Assembly: GCA_003344405.1 (NCBI GenBank)
Contig: NOWV01000182.1
Span: forward strand, 62,001-126,000
DNA length: 64,000 nt
Reading direction: 5' to 3'
DNA from: Trichoplax sp. H2
Lineage: Eukaryota
Shown: one piece after another, positions 1-15,700 of the stretch
How the letters are laid out: each line of letters starts with the position of its first letter
Position numbering within the stretch: the first letter of the stretch is position 1
Position numbers and translations under genes: made by a program
Notes under the pieces: generated by a model
The model's database searches: none
The model's input: only the letters and a program-made list of their open reading frames with translations
Told to the model about the DNA's origin: nothing

Positions 1-107
1 ATTAGAAAATGCTTCGGAAGAATCTAAGTGGGATAAAACTCGGATGTTGCACAGCATCTAGAATGTTGAATCTGTCATCCTCAAAATATAATTTCTTATC
101 AAATTAC

Positions 108-3100
108 CTGATTTTTTAATGCTCAGCAAGTTGGTTTCGATATCCAATAAATTTCCAGCTTGATCTATCTTAAATAGCTCAAATGCTAATATTCTCCAAG
201 ATTTTCTCGATGCAATTTCCCGAAATTTCGATAAAACGCTAACACCTAGTACAGATACAAGGGAAAATGAAGCAATCAAGCATCTATAACTTGATAATGT
301 TTATAAAAGTTAATTTACCCGGGAAAAGTAGACTTATCCCTAGTTAATCATATACAGTCTTCCATAAATAAAACTAGATTTGTATCAAACTTCTATCTCT
401 TCTTGATTTCATTAAATTACAATTTGCCTATTCATTCATTTATCATAGAAACATTTTACGATACCAAAATCCGTATTAGATGCTAATATAGCCACTTTAG
501 TCCATCCATAATACTCAATAAAAGAGGCTATAGCTAAGCTTTCAATAGTGGATACTGGCAACATTCGAAGAAGATAAGTATAACTTGGATTATTCGCCAG
601 GTTAGCGTCGGTAGCAAAAGGTGCAATATGGGGCATATTTAATGTTGAGCAAGCAAATTGTGCTCCTATGGTAGCACCGGATACTAATGGTCCAATGATA
701 GCCACAATTTCTTCTTTCATAGCATTACAAGCTAGTTTTATAATTAAGAATTGGTCAACCTAAACTCTTTAGCAATAAATCTAGTGTAGTTTCAAATCGA
801 TCTCTACCTTTGTGAAAATTATCATAAGGGCTATACAAGTCCGCTGTATGAAATGTCGTGGAAAGTCTGCTGTGATTTAACTTAATATCAGCGATTTCAT
901 TTCCATTAATCATATCAATAGCCAGCTGAATGGCGCGTTCAATTTTAGTATATCCTCTAGGTAATAAAATTCCTGAGAATAGAGAAATATGTAAAACGTG
1001 AGGTGTTGCAATGACAATTAAGATTTAATTTTTGATGATAATTTTTATAGCAAGAATTGCGACTTTCAGTAATTTACAGTTTAATGCAAGAATGCGTCAG
1101 TAATTTGTTTTACAATGAGTAACAGAAATTGAAAGTCTCACTACTATGTAACTGTAGGTAAGATTCTTTCAAAAATACGCACTCAACCCAGTATTTCCTT
1201 CAATGTACAGAATTTAAATACAGTACTGTAGATCAACGATTAATTAAAACAGCTTGATGAGATTATATCTTATGTAATCATAGAGCTAGACGAAAATGTA
1301 ATATAAAATTGAGATGCTGATGGCGCACTATACCGGTAGATAGTCAAACACCATTACCTCTTACATTATTAAGCTCCAAAAGAATGAAGTAACGTTGAAT
1401 ACGGATAAAAGGCAAGAGACAAAACGATACAAATGCATAAGACATTTAACTGTCAGGTCAAATTTAACTAGCATTGTCAAGAAATAGAACTTGTTGAGTA
1501 TATCACCGAACTAGGCTCTAGATGCTTATATTGACATATAATGGCTTACAACGCAGCAGTATAATCGCTTAAGCAGTCGAATGAGATCAAATCTTAAATC
1601 ATCATAAAAACCATAGATATAATGCAAAACATATCCGCTGGATATTTACATTGGAGTAGAAATATGATGTTGCAAAACCCTTTCGATAATTTAACAAACA
1701 GTTGTAGCTTTGTCTTTTTATTAATTTAAAAGAAATGGAATATAAATACTCATACATTTGGTATAACGTGGATTGTTGATTCTGAATAAAGTTTATAACG
1801 TAGACGGTTTAATTTTAATTCTTTGGTTATAATTATTTCTAAATGGAACACAGTAAACCTCGCCAATGGGATAATTTTTAAACGACAGTACCAGCAATGC
1901 TACCCGAATTTATTCTTAAGTTATACTCATACTTTACGTAAAATGGCTAAAAAATAAATCAGTAATAATTTCTTTCTAATAACTAAAATCAGTTGCTCCA
2001 TCTTTATTCGAAATAAAAGTGTTATTTGGACAATTTTTTCTTCTCAACTTACTAGCTAAACGCTCTGTCGCATGAAGCGGCAATTAATTGTGGACGATAT
2101 CCACGCGGTCGTTATTATCACTATGAAACTTTTTGTTACTGCTGAAATACAATGCAAGAGACGCAGATACTCGTAAATTGAAAGTACTGTAATACCATTA
2201 TATCGATTAAATATATATCAAGACTTTTATACGGTTTATAGGCAATGTAATTGTTCCTGGTATGGTGAGCTGATGAAGAATAACCCCTTAATATACTATG
2301 TAAGATTCTGGTAATAAACCAAATTTACGGTACAAGTAGTATTTTAATATAAGTTACAGGTATGAAAGTAAAAGAAAAAATTGAAAACCTACATTAGCCC
2401 TGTTAAATGCATTAAATTTGTAATATAATGTTTGCTAGTTAAAAAAAAGGCCATATACGCAGAAAAATATCTAACATCGAAAAGTAATTTACTATTCTTA
2501 CTCTTTACGGTATATCAGCAGTTTCGAAACTCTTGCCTAATCATGATCATAGGACTATTAGATGATAAGGTTACTTAGTCAAACAAGTCAGTTTTAGCAA
2601 TTTTTGAAATATAAAAAAATTTATTGCAATTGCAGAAAGGATTGCTCTCATAAATCGCCTAAATTATTAACCTAATGCGTTACTATACTTCATCCCATTA
2701 AAAATAAATCCTTCGCTATACAAAATAACATAATTCATAATACAACAAATTATTGTTTTTTGTACAAGTTATATTGGGCATAGCAATTTCTTCTGCCTAA
2801 TCAATTATCGTCATATACAGTGCAACATTTGATATAAGACTGGCTACTGACGCTGATCATTCCATTTCTCCACTTACTAAGGATACCAAAAAGGAAATTT
2901 TTATGCGCATAAACTAAACCAAAATGTCTAAAGATCTAATGTCACGTTTTCATTCGGGAGACAATCAAGATACCAGCGATATTTAAGCTACGCGTAAGGA
3001 TACGAATATTAAAAATACCACATATTGTCAACTGCCGAATGGCTTAAGCATGCTAAAAATAATGATAGACCTCACGAATATAATTTAATCTACAATGAGA

Positions 3101-3792
3101 ATCATAGCTGACAATTTTCTAGCTCTATTAATGATTATATGATCAATTAACTAGGGTTATCATAACTTAGGTGAAAAAGTCTGGCACAGAACTTCTAAAT
3201 ATTAGTTGTAGTAGTGTCTCTAATACTAGGAAATTGAACATTGAATACTCATATATCCAAAAATCATTTTCTCGGTATTAATATCGATAAGCGACACCTT
3301 CAATTTCACGTGAAAGTTAAATTTTTCAAGCAAAATTAGCAAATTTATTAATAGAAATTATGTGAGAAAGCTACGTTGTTTGTTATCGAAAAAGTTAAAT
3401 GGTATTTTTAGTCTTGAAGTAAAAGTGATCACTTAATAGCGTGGCTGAAAGAATAAACTACAATTACGATGCCTTCATGAAGCAATTAATTTGAAAATTA
3501 AACCATGATTATTGAGAATAAATCTATCTATTTCTGACTTAAATTTTTTTAATATCTAAACTATAAATTTTAATTATTTGGTGTGCAGTGTACACCAGTC
3601 AAATCGTGAAATACTTTCAGCTTATACATTAATTAATACATATTCAAGACTTCATATAATAATGCTTACGGTGCTTTTGTCATCGATTTACTCACCAAGT
3701 CGATACGTCGTCTCTACGTTTGCAGTAACTGCAAAAATTAAGCCCGCTGCTTGAAAGAGTAATAAATAGTATATGAAATTCGATTTTACCAT
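108..3792 (-). CDS. ANF/LIVBP-type ligand-binding-domain receptor, most likely the amino-terminal domain of an ionotropic glutamate receptor (5' partial; continues past the window start)
   Basis: Phase-compatible GT-AG exons: 3792-3696 (signal peptide MVKSNFIYYLLLFQAAGLIFAVTA), 972-808 (GILLPRGYTKIERAIQLAIDMIN), 731-465 (ACNAMKEEIVAIIGP...LNMPHIAPFATD...YLLRMLP...YYGWTKVAIL...DFG) and 245-108. These motifs are typical of ANF_receptor domains. A class C GPCR or receptor guanylyl cyclase cannot be excluded from this domain alone. Confidence 0.8.
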
Positions 3793-6700
3793 TTCATCCA
3801 AGATTTTATTCACTAATAGCCACGAAATTCACGTATCAGCTGAAATGGTACTGCTACGATTGATTATACCAATACAGCGATCTCGCATCCATATACTTGA
3901 TGTATAATAATCGTAATTAATAATTATAATTTAAGAAGCAATTAAAAAAACCAAGTGAAATAGTCTATTTTAAAATTCAATCTAATCAAGCATATCTTAG
4001 GTCATAGGAAACTAATGAGTAAAAACTAGAAGATGAAAGGCGAGGGCTGTAATTCATTCATGAAACAATGGAAATTGAATTTTTGGTGGTCAGAACAATT
4101 TAAAAATGACACAGCATCAATTAGTTCACGGCCGTTGATTCCTCAATTTTTCAATCATGAATGGATAAACAGACTGATTATTTTAATTTTATTCTTATCA
4201 TACCAATATTTCGACCGAACCTATTCACCATACTAAAGCAGTTTGTTAGCATTCGATACAAGTTATCAGTTAGAAAAGAGTCATGAACATCTGTACATAC
4301 TGATTTTGAAAATTAATTACCAAACAAATAAGGCTTTATTTGAATATTAGAATCAAATAAAATACTTCTCTGTCTACTATAAGCTTGCATTTCAACTATG
4401 ATAATGCAAATAAAAGCAGATGCTTTGAATAAACCATTTCTTTAAAAAAACTGGGCTTCATTTTACTGATTCAATGTAGTAACATACAATGTTAATAGAG
4501 CAGGAAACATATGTATTAGTCGTACTACCAGAGTGGTTCTCGAAATTATTGTAACTGGCAAGATTAATCGAAGCAAGGAAATAAACGGTATTATGCCTTG
4601 AGATTTCTATGGATGAGTTTATCCTTCAATTGAAACTGCATCAAATGTGTAATTAATTTTTACTCTTTGATCAAGAGTGGAGCAACTGTTACACCGACAA
4701 TAATTAGTAAACATTAAGCGTCATTTAGAACAATTTCCATCCTCAATTTCCTTTTCATTATTTACATCACAAAATAGATATTAGATGTACTTTACGCTAT
4801 TCATCAATTTTTACCATCTGTCTTACCTATAATGGACAAGATTATAAATGAGATACAGATAATCATTCCGACCGAAAAGTATGAAAATTCCATCGTTCAG
4901 AATTAAGAATTATGAACATGGAAACCAATCCAACCGTAGTATGTCCTTGTAGCTGTAGTTTATTTTACCCAGTTAGTATAATATTCAATGCCAGAATCAG
5001 CTGCAATAAAAATCATTAACCAACTTTGAATCGAGACTCATCGTAAGAGTTGGAAGCATACTATACGAGGCGATCTCTAAATGAAAATACTTAAAAAGCT
5101 TGTAAACATCGTGTGCCGTGTATAAAATTACTCAAGAATAATGAAATGACATCGTGTAGGCTATATTAAAAGTAGTTGCCGCTAAAGTTGAATATCGAAA
5201 CGCTGCGTTTCAGTTTTAGGTGAATGGGCTAGTCTTTGAGTGTATAAAAGTTGTCATTTATTTGAATACACAGTAAAAAATATCGAACATTTACCAAAAA
5301 TGGATTAAAGAATTATTCAACATAGTATAATTGATGGTGAATATTAGAGATTCAAGATATCACACCTTAAAGAATTGTTCACCATGGGAGAGCGAATCGG
5401 ATCACCTTAATTTTACAATCTTTCATGGAACGCTTGAAATTGATCGTTGTATACGTAACATGGACTTCTAGATATTTTACAGTTACAATCTAATTTTAAC
5501 TAATCAAGCAAATGTTTCGTCTTCAAAAGAGTAAAATCGTAATTTAGAATAATCTAGAAAGGGTACAAAGTATACGAAGGCTAGGAAAAAGTGGATTAAA
5601 GAATTACTTACTGTAGCAAGATTTATGGGAGTAGCTCAGTATTACATATTTATTCGTAGGAGGCCTTGAGCTAATTTTTATATAAACAGTAGCACGAACT
5701 TTAAATATTTTACATTCACAGCTCTATTTCACTCTGTCAAATGGTTACTCTATAAGCAAGCGAAAGCATTGGGAAATATATAGAAATGATGCCCATCAGC
5801 GGTTCTTTGTTCCTTAGATGGAATGATATATATATGTTATATATATATATATTTGGCCAAACGTATTAATATCAGTAACAGATTCTTAATAACTGAGAAA
5901 TTAGGGAGCTATTTATAGCATAAAAGATGGAAAATTTTTACGATAGTCAGTTTTATGTTCCTTTACCGATGGGTTTCTAATAATATGTCATCGATAAGCG
6001 TTAAAGCTTTATAATGCTTTCGTTTAGATTTTTATTGTAAGAACATTGTAGACATTTAGAAATATACTTAATTGAAGATACCGTTCAGAAAGAGCTATTT
6101 AAAGTACTAAGCATTGTAGCTAGTCAATATCACGCCAGAAATTGGTTATTATGTGCATTAAAGTACTCGTAGATTTTAGATATTTGACAGTTGCAATTTT
6201 ATTTCAACCGTTTAAGTAACTAGTATGCGAATATACAAACAGTCCGAAGTTACAATGTGTGGTAGAGAATATGAAATATTTCACAAAATATAGATTGAAA
6301 TGATTATGTATTTCAAGAGAACTAATAGGAATGCCTAGGCCTCACAGATTCGTTTTAGGACCTTTAAGTTATCGTTCTTATGCATTCATATGCCACAAAG
6401 TGTGCCCTCAGATATTTTTTAGTACTATTCATAAAAGAATGATAATGGTAGTTATTTAACTTAAGCATAGGGCTTGGCTAAAGATGACCGGCTAAAGGTG
6501 GCCGGCCAAAGATTATGATAAAATCTTTTAGTCCTGTAATAGTTAATTAATGGAAAATATAAGTGAGGAAAATGGAGTCTTGCTAGGAAGAGTTAGACCC
6601 ATGAGTACCAAAGAAGTATACAAGGATGATAAACATTTTATATTCAACGTAGCCCATTGCGAAGGAATTCTCCCGGACCTGTTTGCCTAAAAATGAAATA

Positions 6701-9700
6701 ACTAAAATATATGCTTCATAGCGAGCGTTGCTGTAGTAAATGATTTCATCTATTCCTATATTTCTAGCTAAAAAATTCTATCAAATATTGCTATTAAATT
6801 ACTAGACATTCGAACTCCAAACTCTTCCAGCTATACCGGCAATGAGTAAATCAGTGATGAGATTTTAACAAATTTGAACTTAAACTTTATACTTTATATT
6901 AATCGTAAATAAGAATTTCTATTTAGCCCATAAAAATTATGTCGTGTAGTAATCCTTAGAATCTACCCTTTTCAATATTCATTCTATGAAGAAAATTTAG
7001 TGAAAAATCACATAATGGGATATTACGGAAGATCGGGTCAAAAATAATTACGGTTTTACAAAATCATATCACTTGTGGTAACTTGAACTTTGCCAATCAA
7101 ATTATGAGATATTGAAAGTTTCTTTAGTAGAAAATTAAAGGTTACCATATTAAATTATTCTTCAAAATCGTCCATAATTTCTTTAGAAATATTTAGATAT
7201 GCAAGTAATTTTTCAGGCTTAGTAAATAGACAAGAAAAATTATTTCAAAGGGATATTTTCTACGGTTCTTATTACTAAAGACTATATGTATGATAGTTTC
7301 AAGCTCCGTAGTTAATTCGTAGTACATCATTCAATAATAAAATATGACCCAATGCTAGATACTATAATTCATGATTAATGATATATCTTTCGTTACATTA
7401 AGAAATGCGAATATTAACTTATGTGCCACTACTAGAACCGTTTGCACAAAAATTCTCGTCCTGTATAAGACATCTCCGTTTCATAATCAAAAGATAATTC
7501 TGATCTACAACGAACAAATAAATAGATAACCTTAGCAATTCTGAGGTACTCCTTCAGAATTACGGATTTGTAATAAGTGCTTTTCTAGAATCAGCACTGC
7601 ACATATTAGATGTAATCGTAATTTTATTTTGCCGCGAAGTCGTTTTAGCTAATTACAGTAGTTACGTGATGCACAACAATACTATGATGTAGAATAGCCT
7701 GCTATGCTGTATATGATAAAATAATTGCATGATGCCTAGTATGATGAACATTGATACTTATAAAATTCATACTATGTATGTGCAAAGCTATAGCGGACAG
7801 CTGTATAAAGTTATGTTTTGGTGTAATGTACTGAATACGATTCTCAAGTTTTACAGAATTGTTGTTGTAGAGGCTATCAAGTCGATCAGCTAGTTCATCA
7901 CTGCTATCTTAAACTGCTATTATGAGTGAAAGAAAGTGATTTCTTCTCGATCAGGCTTGCTATCAATAAACAATACTTTTAAGATTAAACATAGTACTAA
8001 CCTTTGTAACATTATGATCTTATATAGAAGATGTCTAGTATAGTAATATCCTAATATACGAATACTTATCATATACCGTTTAAGTACTGTATTGTATTAC
8101 ATTCATAATGTACGACATCATGACTACATATAGACGACATGCTATACATATAAAGACATTATCTCAATCCCGTCTAAAACCTATAAATACCCTTGTACGC
8201 TAACTCGTTAGTCAGTTCCTACATTCCTGCTATCTAAAATACCTTATCTATAACAACCATATCATTGTTAGCCTGTAACTTGTATCTCAATAAAATCCTT
8301 TATACCTTCTATCATCGTCTACCTTAAAATACTTTACGCTACTTAAAGAAGATATTATTACACCTTATTGTATCAAATTAGAGATTCGCTTGTTTTAATA
8401 ACTTAAATTTTGAGTTACCAACCTTGAACCTAGGGGATTGTAGAGCCCATACACTATATGTCGTAACCAATTCAACTTCATGCGGTAAGCTACTTTTAAT
8501 AAATGAAACGGATATAAATGCATTAGTAATCTTCTCGCAATATGATTTCACAGTACAGAAAATAGTGATCGATAATATCTAAGAAATATAACTATTCAGC
8601 AAGAATTCATGAATTCTAAGTCACTTAAAAAGTACTACAGACATTCTGTACTTGTCCCATACATCCTATTCGTACGTCAAATAACTTGACAATTAAAAAT
8701 TGGAAAATCTCTAGTAGTAAGTATATTGCATGATCAAATACAACATATAGAGCTGGTAACTCATTACTTTATAGGCTCAGTTAAGACTAGCGTATTTAAC
8801 TCACCACAATTATATCTAGCTGTAGAAGATTCGATATAAAACCCTAAAGTCTTAAAATATGTAAAAATATCAAGATGTACATCATTGCTGCTTCAGAATG
8901 TAGGCTAAAATTGCTACAAGACAGGTGAGACAGATGTAATGCGATGCGGCGTTACCTTCGTTAGCCGATAGAACCACATGGCACTTACAATCACTACAAT
9001 CAATTTTTCGTCTTCAGTATTTTCGAATAAATCTGCTTAAATTAAAAAATCGCTATTTATATAATATATATTTATCACGTACACTAACAGAATAGCCAGA
9101 ATTAGGGGTATTAACAATCCGCTAGAATATCTTCTGATGAAATAAATACGCGTAGGTTTTAAATACTAATCTTTTCATTCGTATTGATAACCAAGTCACA
9201 AGAACTTGAGTCGTTTAGCTACGCTGCATAGGCTCTAAAATGATGTATTAGGAATATATCCATAGGATATTTCTTAGTGCCATGTTGTGGGCATATTTTC
9301 GCATACAACCCAAAAAGAATAAAATTACTCAAATGGATAGATTTGTAGTTTCCATTCTACGAGCAAATTTAGGTACACTTATTACCATTGCATGCTTTGC
9401 CACAGACTATCAGATTGTATATATAGTAATCAGCGGCTTTACTAAGGCAATAAATGGATTATTATGAAAAGCTAGTCTTAAAAAAAATAACTATAAATCC
9501 ACTATGCAGTTGATTTAATTTTAGTTTATCTAGATCTATTCAATATATACGAGTATATCTAAGAGTGTGCTGTAATAGTTACAGCTCAAGCCTGTACTAA
9601 ATGCCTTAGAAGATTGGGTTGAGATGATGAACCACACAATCATGTAGCCAAATAAATCTGAAGTATTTCTACACGTCCAAGCAAAGAATATCTTCCTGAG

Positions 9701-12700
9701 TCGTTACTTTAGCGGTACAGTTTTTCTTATTTTGTATTATTTAATTTGAGAACAGCACACTGACTTACACAATTATATGCTGAGTCTTTTATTATCCAAG
9801 CACTAACGACATAGTCTGTCATCCTTTTCACATGATCCTTTCTTTAATCGGAAACTTTGTCATATGGTGTTTCCATATGCTTCAATAGAATGGCTTGCAA
9901 GGCTTCAGAATCGGCGCAAAAGATATTCAATATAATCTCTAATTAGTACTTCAAGTGTAATATATTTGATAGTACATTCAGAAATTCAGAAATCTTTTTA
10001 AATAGTAAATCAAAATTTAACAATGAACTCGCTCTACCTTTAACAATTATTTATACTAGCTATGATTCAATCATATATTGCACAGCTTTATCTACTTTGC
10101 TAGTAATAGTAACAAGCAATGGCAATCAGCAATGTCGTTTGATGAACATTTGAAGAATTTCAAAATATTCACAAATGAATAGAAACGCTTATAATGAGTT
10201 TGTCTAACTTTAATAATCGTATACAGTAAATGGTTTTCATCACTATTACATATCGCCACATCATGATTTAATTCACTTAGTTTGCAATACCAATAAACAA
10301 TACGAATCAGCTAGATCAGTTTATGTACGTTAGAAGAATTTCAAAATTGTAACTACAAATGGAAAAGTATAACGAGTTCAGTTTAGCTTCAGTTCTATAT
10401 CGATGGCTTGGCATATCATTAAAGTTTCATTCATATCGTTTTATACATAAAACACTACTGGAATGTTTATTATTTTCTACCACTCTATATACTAAATACT
10501 AGCTCGTTCACATTACAGAAATATCTGATACAGAAAGTGCTAGTAAATCACTAAATAATGTGTAATTTGATTTTAAGTTTTAACCTTGTCAAATGATGAA
10601 ACACTATGTTAGTCTTTGTTATCGATGATTTAATAATTAGCTGACATCTTTAGACTAATTCATCAGTTTAAATATTTTAATGCTATTTCCTTAATGCTAT
10701 ATATTTTGGATAAGTCTTTGTGAATGCTAATATCTATGGTCGTGCTCTGTAGCTTATTCCGAAAAAAAGTTCAACAAATATAATGATTAGAGAATCTAAT
10801 TAGTATTTTTGCAATACTGATAAGACAAAATAGCCGAAATCTATCCAATCATTTACTTGTTATTAGAGTATATCCTACGTACAATTAATGTTTTAATCCT
10901 GAAGTACTTTCCTTTAGATAAATATGACGCATTTTCATTTAGACATATATGAATAAATATCAATGTAATGCTAACCCTAGTAAGTGTACTGGCACTAAAA
11001 CTTCTATAATGTAGCAAAATCACTTAATTCATTTTGATAGCTGCAAGAAACCGAATTTTAAAGACCTCCAAAAATTAGAATATATTTTACTGAAACTAAT
11101 TTGTGAATCAGAACTAGGGCAACTACCATTAAAAATTACCAAAAAATGAATATTTTAAAATGCTACATCTCAACGAATCCCCTGCTTAAATTATCCTAAA
11201 GTATCGATAGCTGTAGTACAGTAGTTATATATAATGAAGGTAGACAGTCTATAAAGCAGTAGGTACACAATTGATAATATCTAAAAGTATGTAAGAGAAC
11301 ATTCAACATAAAGTGTCAAATCTGCTGGCAATCTCGAGTGAACAAGTAAAGTTTTATCCATGATGATGCATGTGTATGAACGAATCTAATATACTAAGCA
11401 ATTCGGTAATCACTAGATAAAATTTTTTAAAATATTTATTACTCTTTAAAAGGATAGCTATACGACAAATATTTTTCCCATTTGAACAACCCGATACTGA
11501 AATTGATGGTTGTCGATTATTGCTTAAACTTTGTAACTGATTAAGAGATTCTTTTTATGGAGTAACTCTAATTGAAATTATTGCTGAACGCTAAGCAGGG
11601 CTACAAGCAACTTGAAAGATTAAATACGTTATAGTAAGAAGAAAACTAAGATTCGAATACTGATATCACTAATATATTACTTATGGAAAGGAAATTCTGA
11701 AAAGCAACGGGGCTACTAGTCCTATAGTTAGGGGAGGATCACATCATATCAAAAATAATTAACTCAAAGGCATATATTTTCTATGTATACCACAAATACG
11801 AAATAAAACAAGCAAAAATAATACTATAGCATAAATTGATAATAACAAGGGATCGTTGCATTGCTGTTGAGTCCATACCGTACTCTTTACTTTCTGTGGG
11901 CATATTTTATTACATGATTAGTTAGCTACGCAAATAGTAATATTGAAGGCTAGATGTATGAAACCCAGATATACACTTATACAGTTGAATTTCTTTTACA
12001 TATTGTAGCTCATGAAAGAATATACAATATTATCGATCAAGTAAAAAGAAATCTTTCAATTTAGATAGCTAAAATCACATAATATACATTCACGTAACTG
12101 TTGGTAGGGAAAAATTTCATGTTATTTGTAAAGTTATATACTTACAATCCATCAAACTGTATGAGCAAAATTATATATAGGGAACATTATTGGGCGATGT
12201 AATATTATCTTCTTCATGAATTGTTTACCAATTAAAATTGATCCATGCTGAGAAATAATAAATAGCAAGTAGTAAACACATTTTTAATTTAAATTTTAAA
12301 ATTTAATTTGAAGCAGAAATTACATAATAGTCTTCATACTAGAAAATTAAAATTGTAGAATCCTTTAATATTAATACAAATTAAACCAGTGGACGATATT
12401 TTCAACGCTGCTCAATATCTACTGTTACCCATTAAATATTTTAATTCTTACCATTAAACACTAACAATCTTATCCAGTAATATTTGTATGTCAAAGCAAT
12501 AATTGATTGACTATATTCAGCTGATTATAACAAGTAATAAGTTAATTAATGAAACAAAACATTTCTCCATAGCATATCATGTATCAACGCAAAGGAAATT
12601 GTTGCAAGTATACGTATTAAGGCACAAGTTGTGAAGAGAATATATTGTATATTACATTAGATCGGCATATTAAGGAATGCTAAGAACGTGTCCATATGCA

Positions 12701-15700
12701 GTAAATCACCTAGAACTTTTAATCTTATTATGTACCTCCCATTTCTCTCGTGTATCACTGCCCTCTTAGCAAATAGTATGTACTGCATATCATTCAATAT
12801 AACATTGTCATTGATAATCGTATTCGCATAACTGCTACGATACCAAATAATCTCTCTTCATTATAGGTAAAATCACTATCAACCTAAGTAAGAGTAAGCA
12901 TTATCATTTCATGATACCAGCAGAAGCAACACTTTTACTTAATCTTTGGCACCACAGTTAAAGCTATTTATTTACGAATATCTTCTAGTGATAGTTCAAG
13001 GAAATAGTATGAAAAACGTTATTGATACAGAAAATTTATTATATCAACAGATGCTGTTCGCGCTTCAACATCCTACAAAGTAACAATTGGAGAAAAAATA
13101 ATAATTGTCTATACGAATTCCTTTATTACGTACTATAATTTGCTGAACTATTTTTGTAAGACAAATTAGAATCTGCTATATACATAGTACGTAGAAACCA
13201 CTCTTTTTTTAAGTTGAGTAAAATTGTATTGATTTAGTAAGGTAAAATAAACGTAACTAATGTTACACTATATTGCACCCAGAAGGAATTCAAATCGAAT
13301 CTTTTCCATAATTCATATTTGGTATGTCAATTTTATAATTATCAATAAATATGCTAAATTTAATCCATTCCATATTTACTAATGACCTGCTGATATAATA
13401 TTAACTTTGCTATTAATAAATGTATTTACCTTTAATTTTACTCCCTCCCACATTTCAGCTAAAAGTTGCTCAAGTGCTCTTTTGTATAGTATTCATACGT
13501 AATAGCGAATGGTGGAGAAAATTCGATATTTGCATGAGAGAAAGTTTTTTGAGATTTGTGAATACCTCATAGCTTCGATTGAATCCATACTGTCACCAAT
13601 ATATATAGATATCCTTCTAGTAACTAAGATAGGCCAGAGATATTTCTAGGTCTTCTTCTATCTTGAATTACTTATAAAGATTAATTCTCCGCAACAACTA
13701 TGAACTTTTCCTTATGTTTCACGGCAGAAACGATATAGACCTGCCCTTTACGAGGTAAACGATACAATGATGAACTCTCTTTATTGTAAAAAGTAACTCG
13801 CTTTATCCTACATTCTATTTATATTCGTGAGCAGCTAGCGAGTTCATACATGGGTTTAACACTAATAAATGGCATAGCTGTCATATATTTTTAGACCTAA
13901 ATTTGCACGACTTTGTACTCTATTTTCAAATACGTTACAGCACGAATATAGCACGAACCTGTCATGGTCAGAACACGATCTGACCTTTGAGCTCTCTTAT
14001 AAGTTGGGCGTCTAACTAATTCACCTGCTCTTACTGGAGGATAAATTATTTTCATAATCTATAACCTAACGATAAGCAATTCACTGTGTAACGATCAATA
14101 CAAGGTATATATACTTAACGGCAGTTTTAAACATCGTGACGCAAAAGATTTCAATATATTAGCACTAAAGAATAGCATAAATCAGAGCTGGTTGAAAACA
14201 TAATAATGAATGGAAGTAGATTTCTATAGTATGACATACAATACCTTACTATTTGTTAATAATATAGAGTAAATGAATAAGTTTATCTTCATATAATTCT
14301 TAACTTTTATAGTTTTTAGGATGCTGCTGTAAGGCACAATAAGCTACAAATATAAACGCGAACAATTATATAAAAGCTAAAAAATATGTTATTAATAATT
14401 GCTAAGGAAGATATTTAGATACTTCTTCTTATTTTAAACTTTAATTTAGAATATTTTAGCAGAAACAAAAGTACTATAAACTTTAATCAGAAGTAAATAA
14501 AGTTCTTCTCTTTTGCGTAAATCAGATTAGCTAAACATAATAAATAGCTTTGATGCTTAAAAATATATCAATGACTAAAATATGCGGATTTCCGTTTTTA
14601 TTTGCATTCTATTAAATTTTTTGCTGATTAAATAGTGACTTTACAATGGCGAAAGCAAGAACATCATACAATTTGCAGCATGCGTATATTCAAGGGCAGG
14701 TAAATATTCTACTGATATCATAGTAGCCGTATCAAATGTACAGAGTCCGCGTAGCAGGTGGCATTTCTTAGTTAATGTATGATAAATCGTGTGATATCTT
14801 TGCAGAATCTATACTATTATCTTAAGAGTCAAGTTCATTAATAAGATTTTTATTCTCGTAGTATATACAATATTGGACAGTAGCAACATGAGCAGTTATG
14901 AGCATTATTTCTATTAGCAATGATAATTAATTTTAAAATCATAGAAATAACCAATTTCTGCACATAAGATATTAAATATATTACTATATTAAATTTAATG
15001 AATGATATTATTAAGCATTACAATACGCGTAAGTACAGTCATAAGAATAATCCAGTAAGTAGAATTCTCATGCACAATAGGTAATTTAACAACCATTATT
15101 TTAGAATTGATAACATAGCATCAATACAACATGTTCTAGCTTTTGTCAGTTTAATACTAACAAGATTTAAGTATATTAAAAATCTGAATAGTGCTTCTGT
15201 TCGTCATACTTTAATAATCTATGGAGAATAATAACGAGGAATACTGTCGATTTCAGAATTTATTTTTTAAAACTGATTTAGTCAATAAAGTGTTGATATT
15301 GGGTTTACTTAAAAATTCTATCTTATACCAATATAATAAGAGCGTAATTCTTACACTGTGTAATCAGGCCAATACAGTACTGATTAGCTATGGAGTAGTT
15401 ATCAGTATATTTGCAGTGAAAACATGATGATATTTCAAGTTCGAAATTTATTTCAACATACTAAAGGGCATCAAGAACTTTAGCACCTCGTATAAGCCTA
15501 GTGAACCTATGAGTAAAGTACTACGTATTAGTATCAGTATCATACTAGCATACTAAGCCATAGATATTAGTAAAAATATCTAATGCATTAAAATTTTATT
15601 TCCTTAATTGGACTAAAATTCAAATATTCTTAATGCGGTTGCCTTCGGCAATATCTTAGTATCATGCACTTAGATAACTTTATCTAAATAAATAAAAATA

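Noticed and set aside
1-57. Possible next receptor exon after the AG at ~58
   Set aside because: The phase-compatible reading hits a stop within 20 codons; more likely intron.
4820-5065. Exon-like hydrophobic fragments on the minus strand (HTTVGLVSMFIIL; SVGMIICISFIILSII)
   Set aside because: Frames do not join without shifts, and hydrophobic translations are expected from AT-rich DNA.
6476-6515. Three 14-bp ggctaaag(a/g)tg(a/g)cc repeats; short degenerate duplications at ~5290/5590, ~10150/10335 and ~44960/45100
   Set aside because: Real, but small local slippage or duplication events with no further structure.
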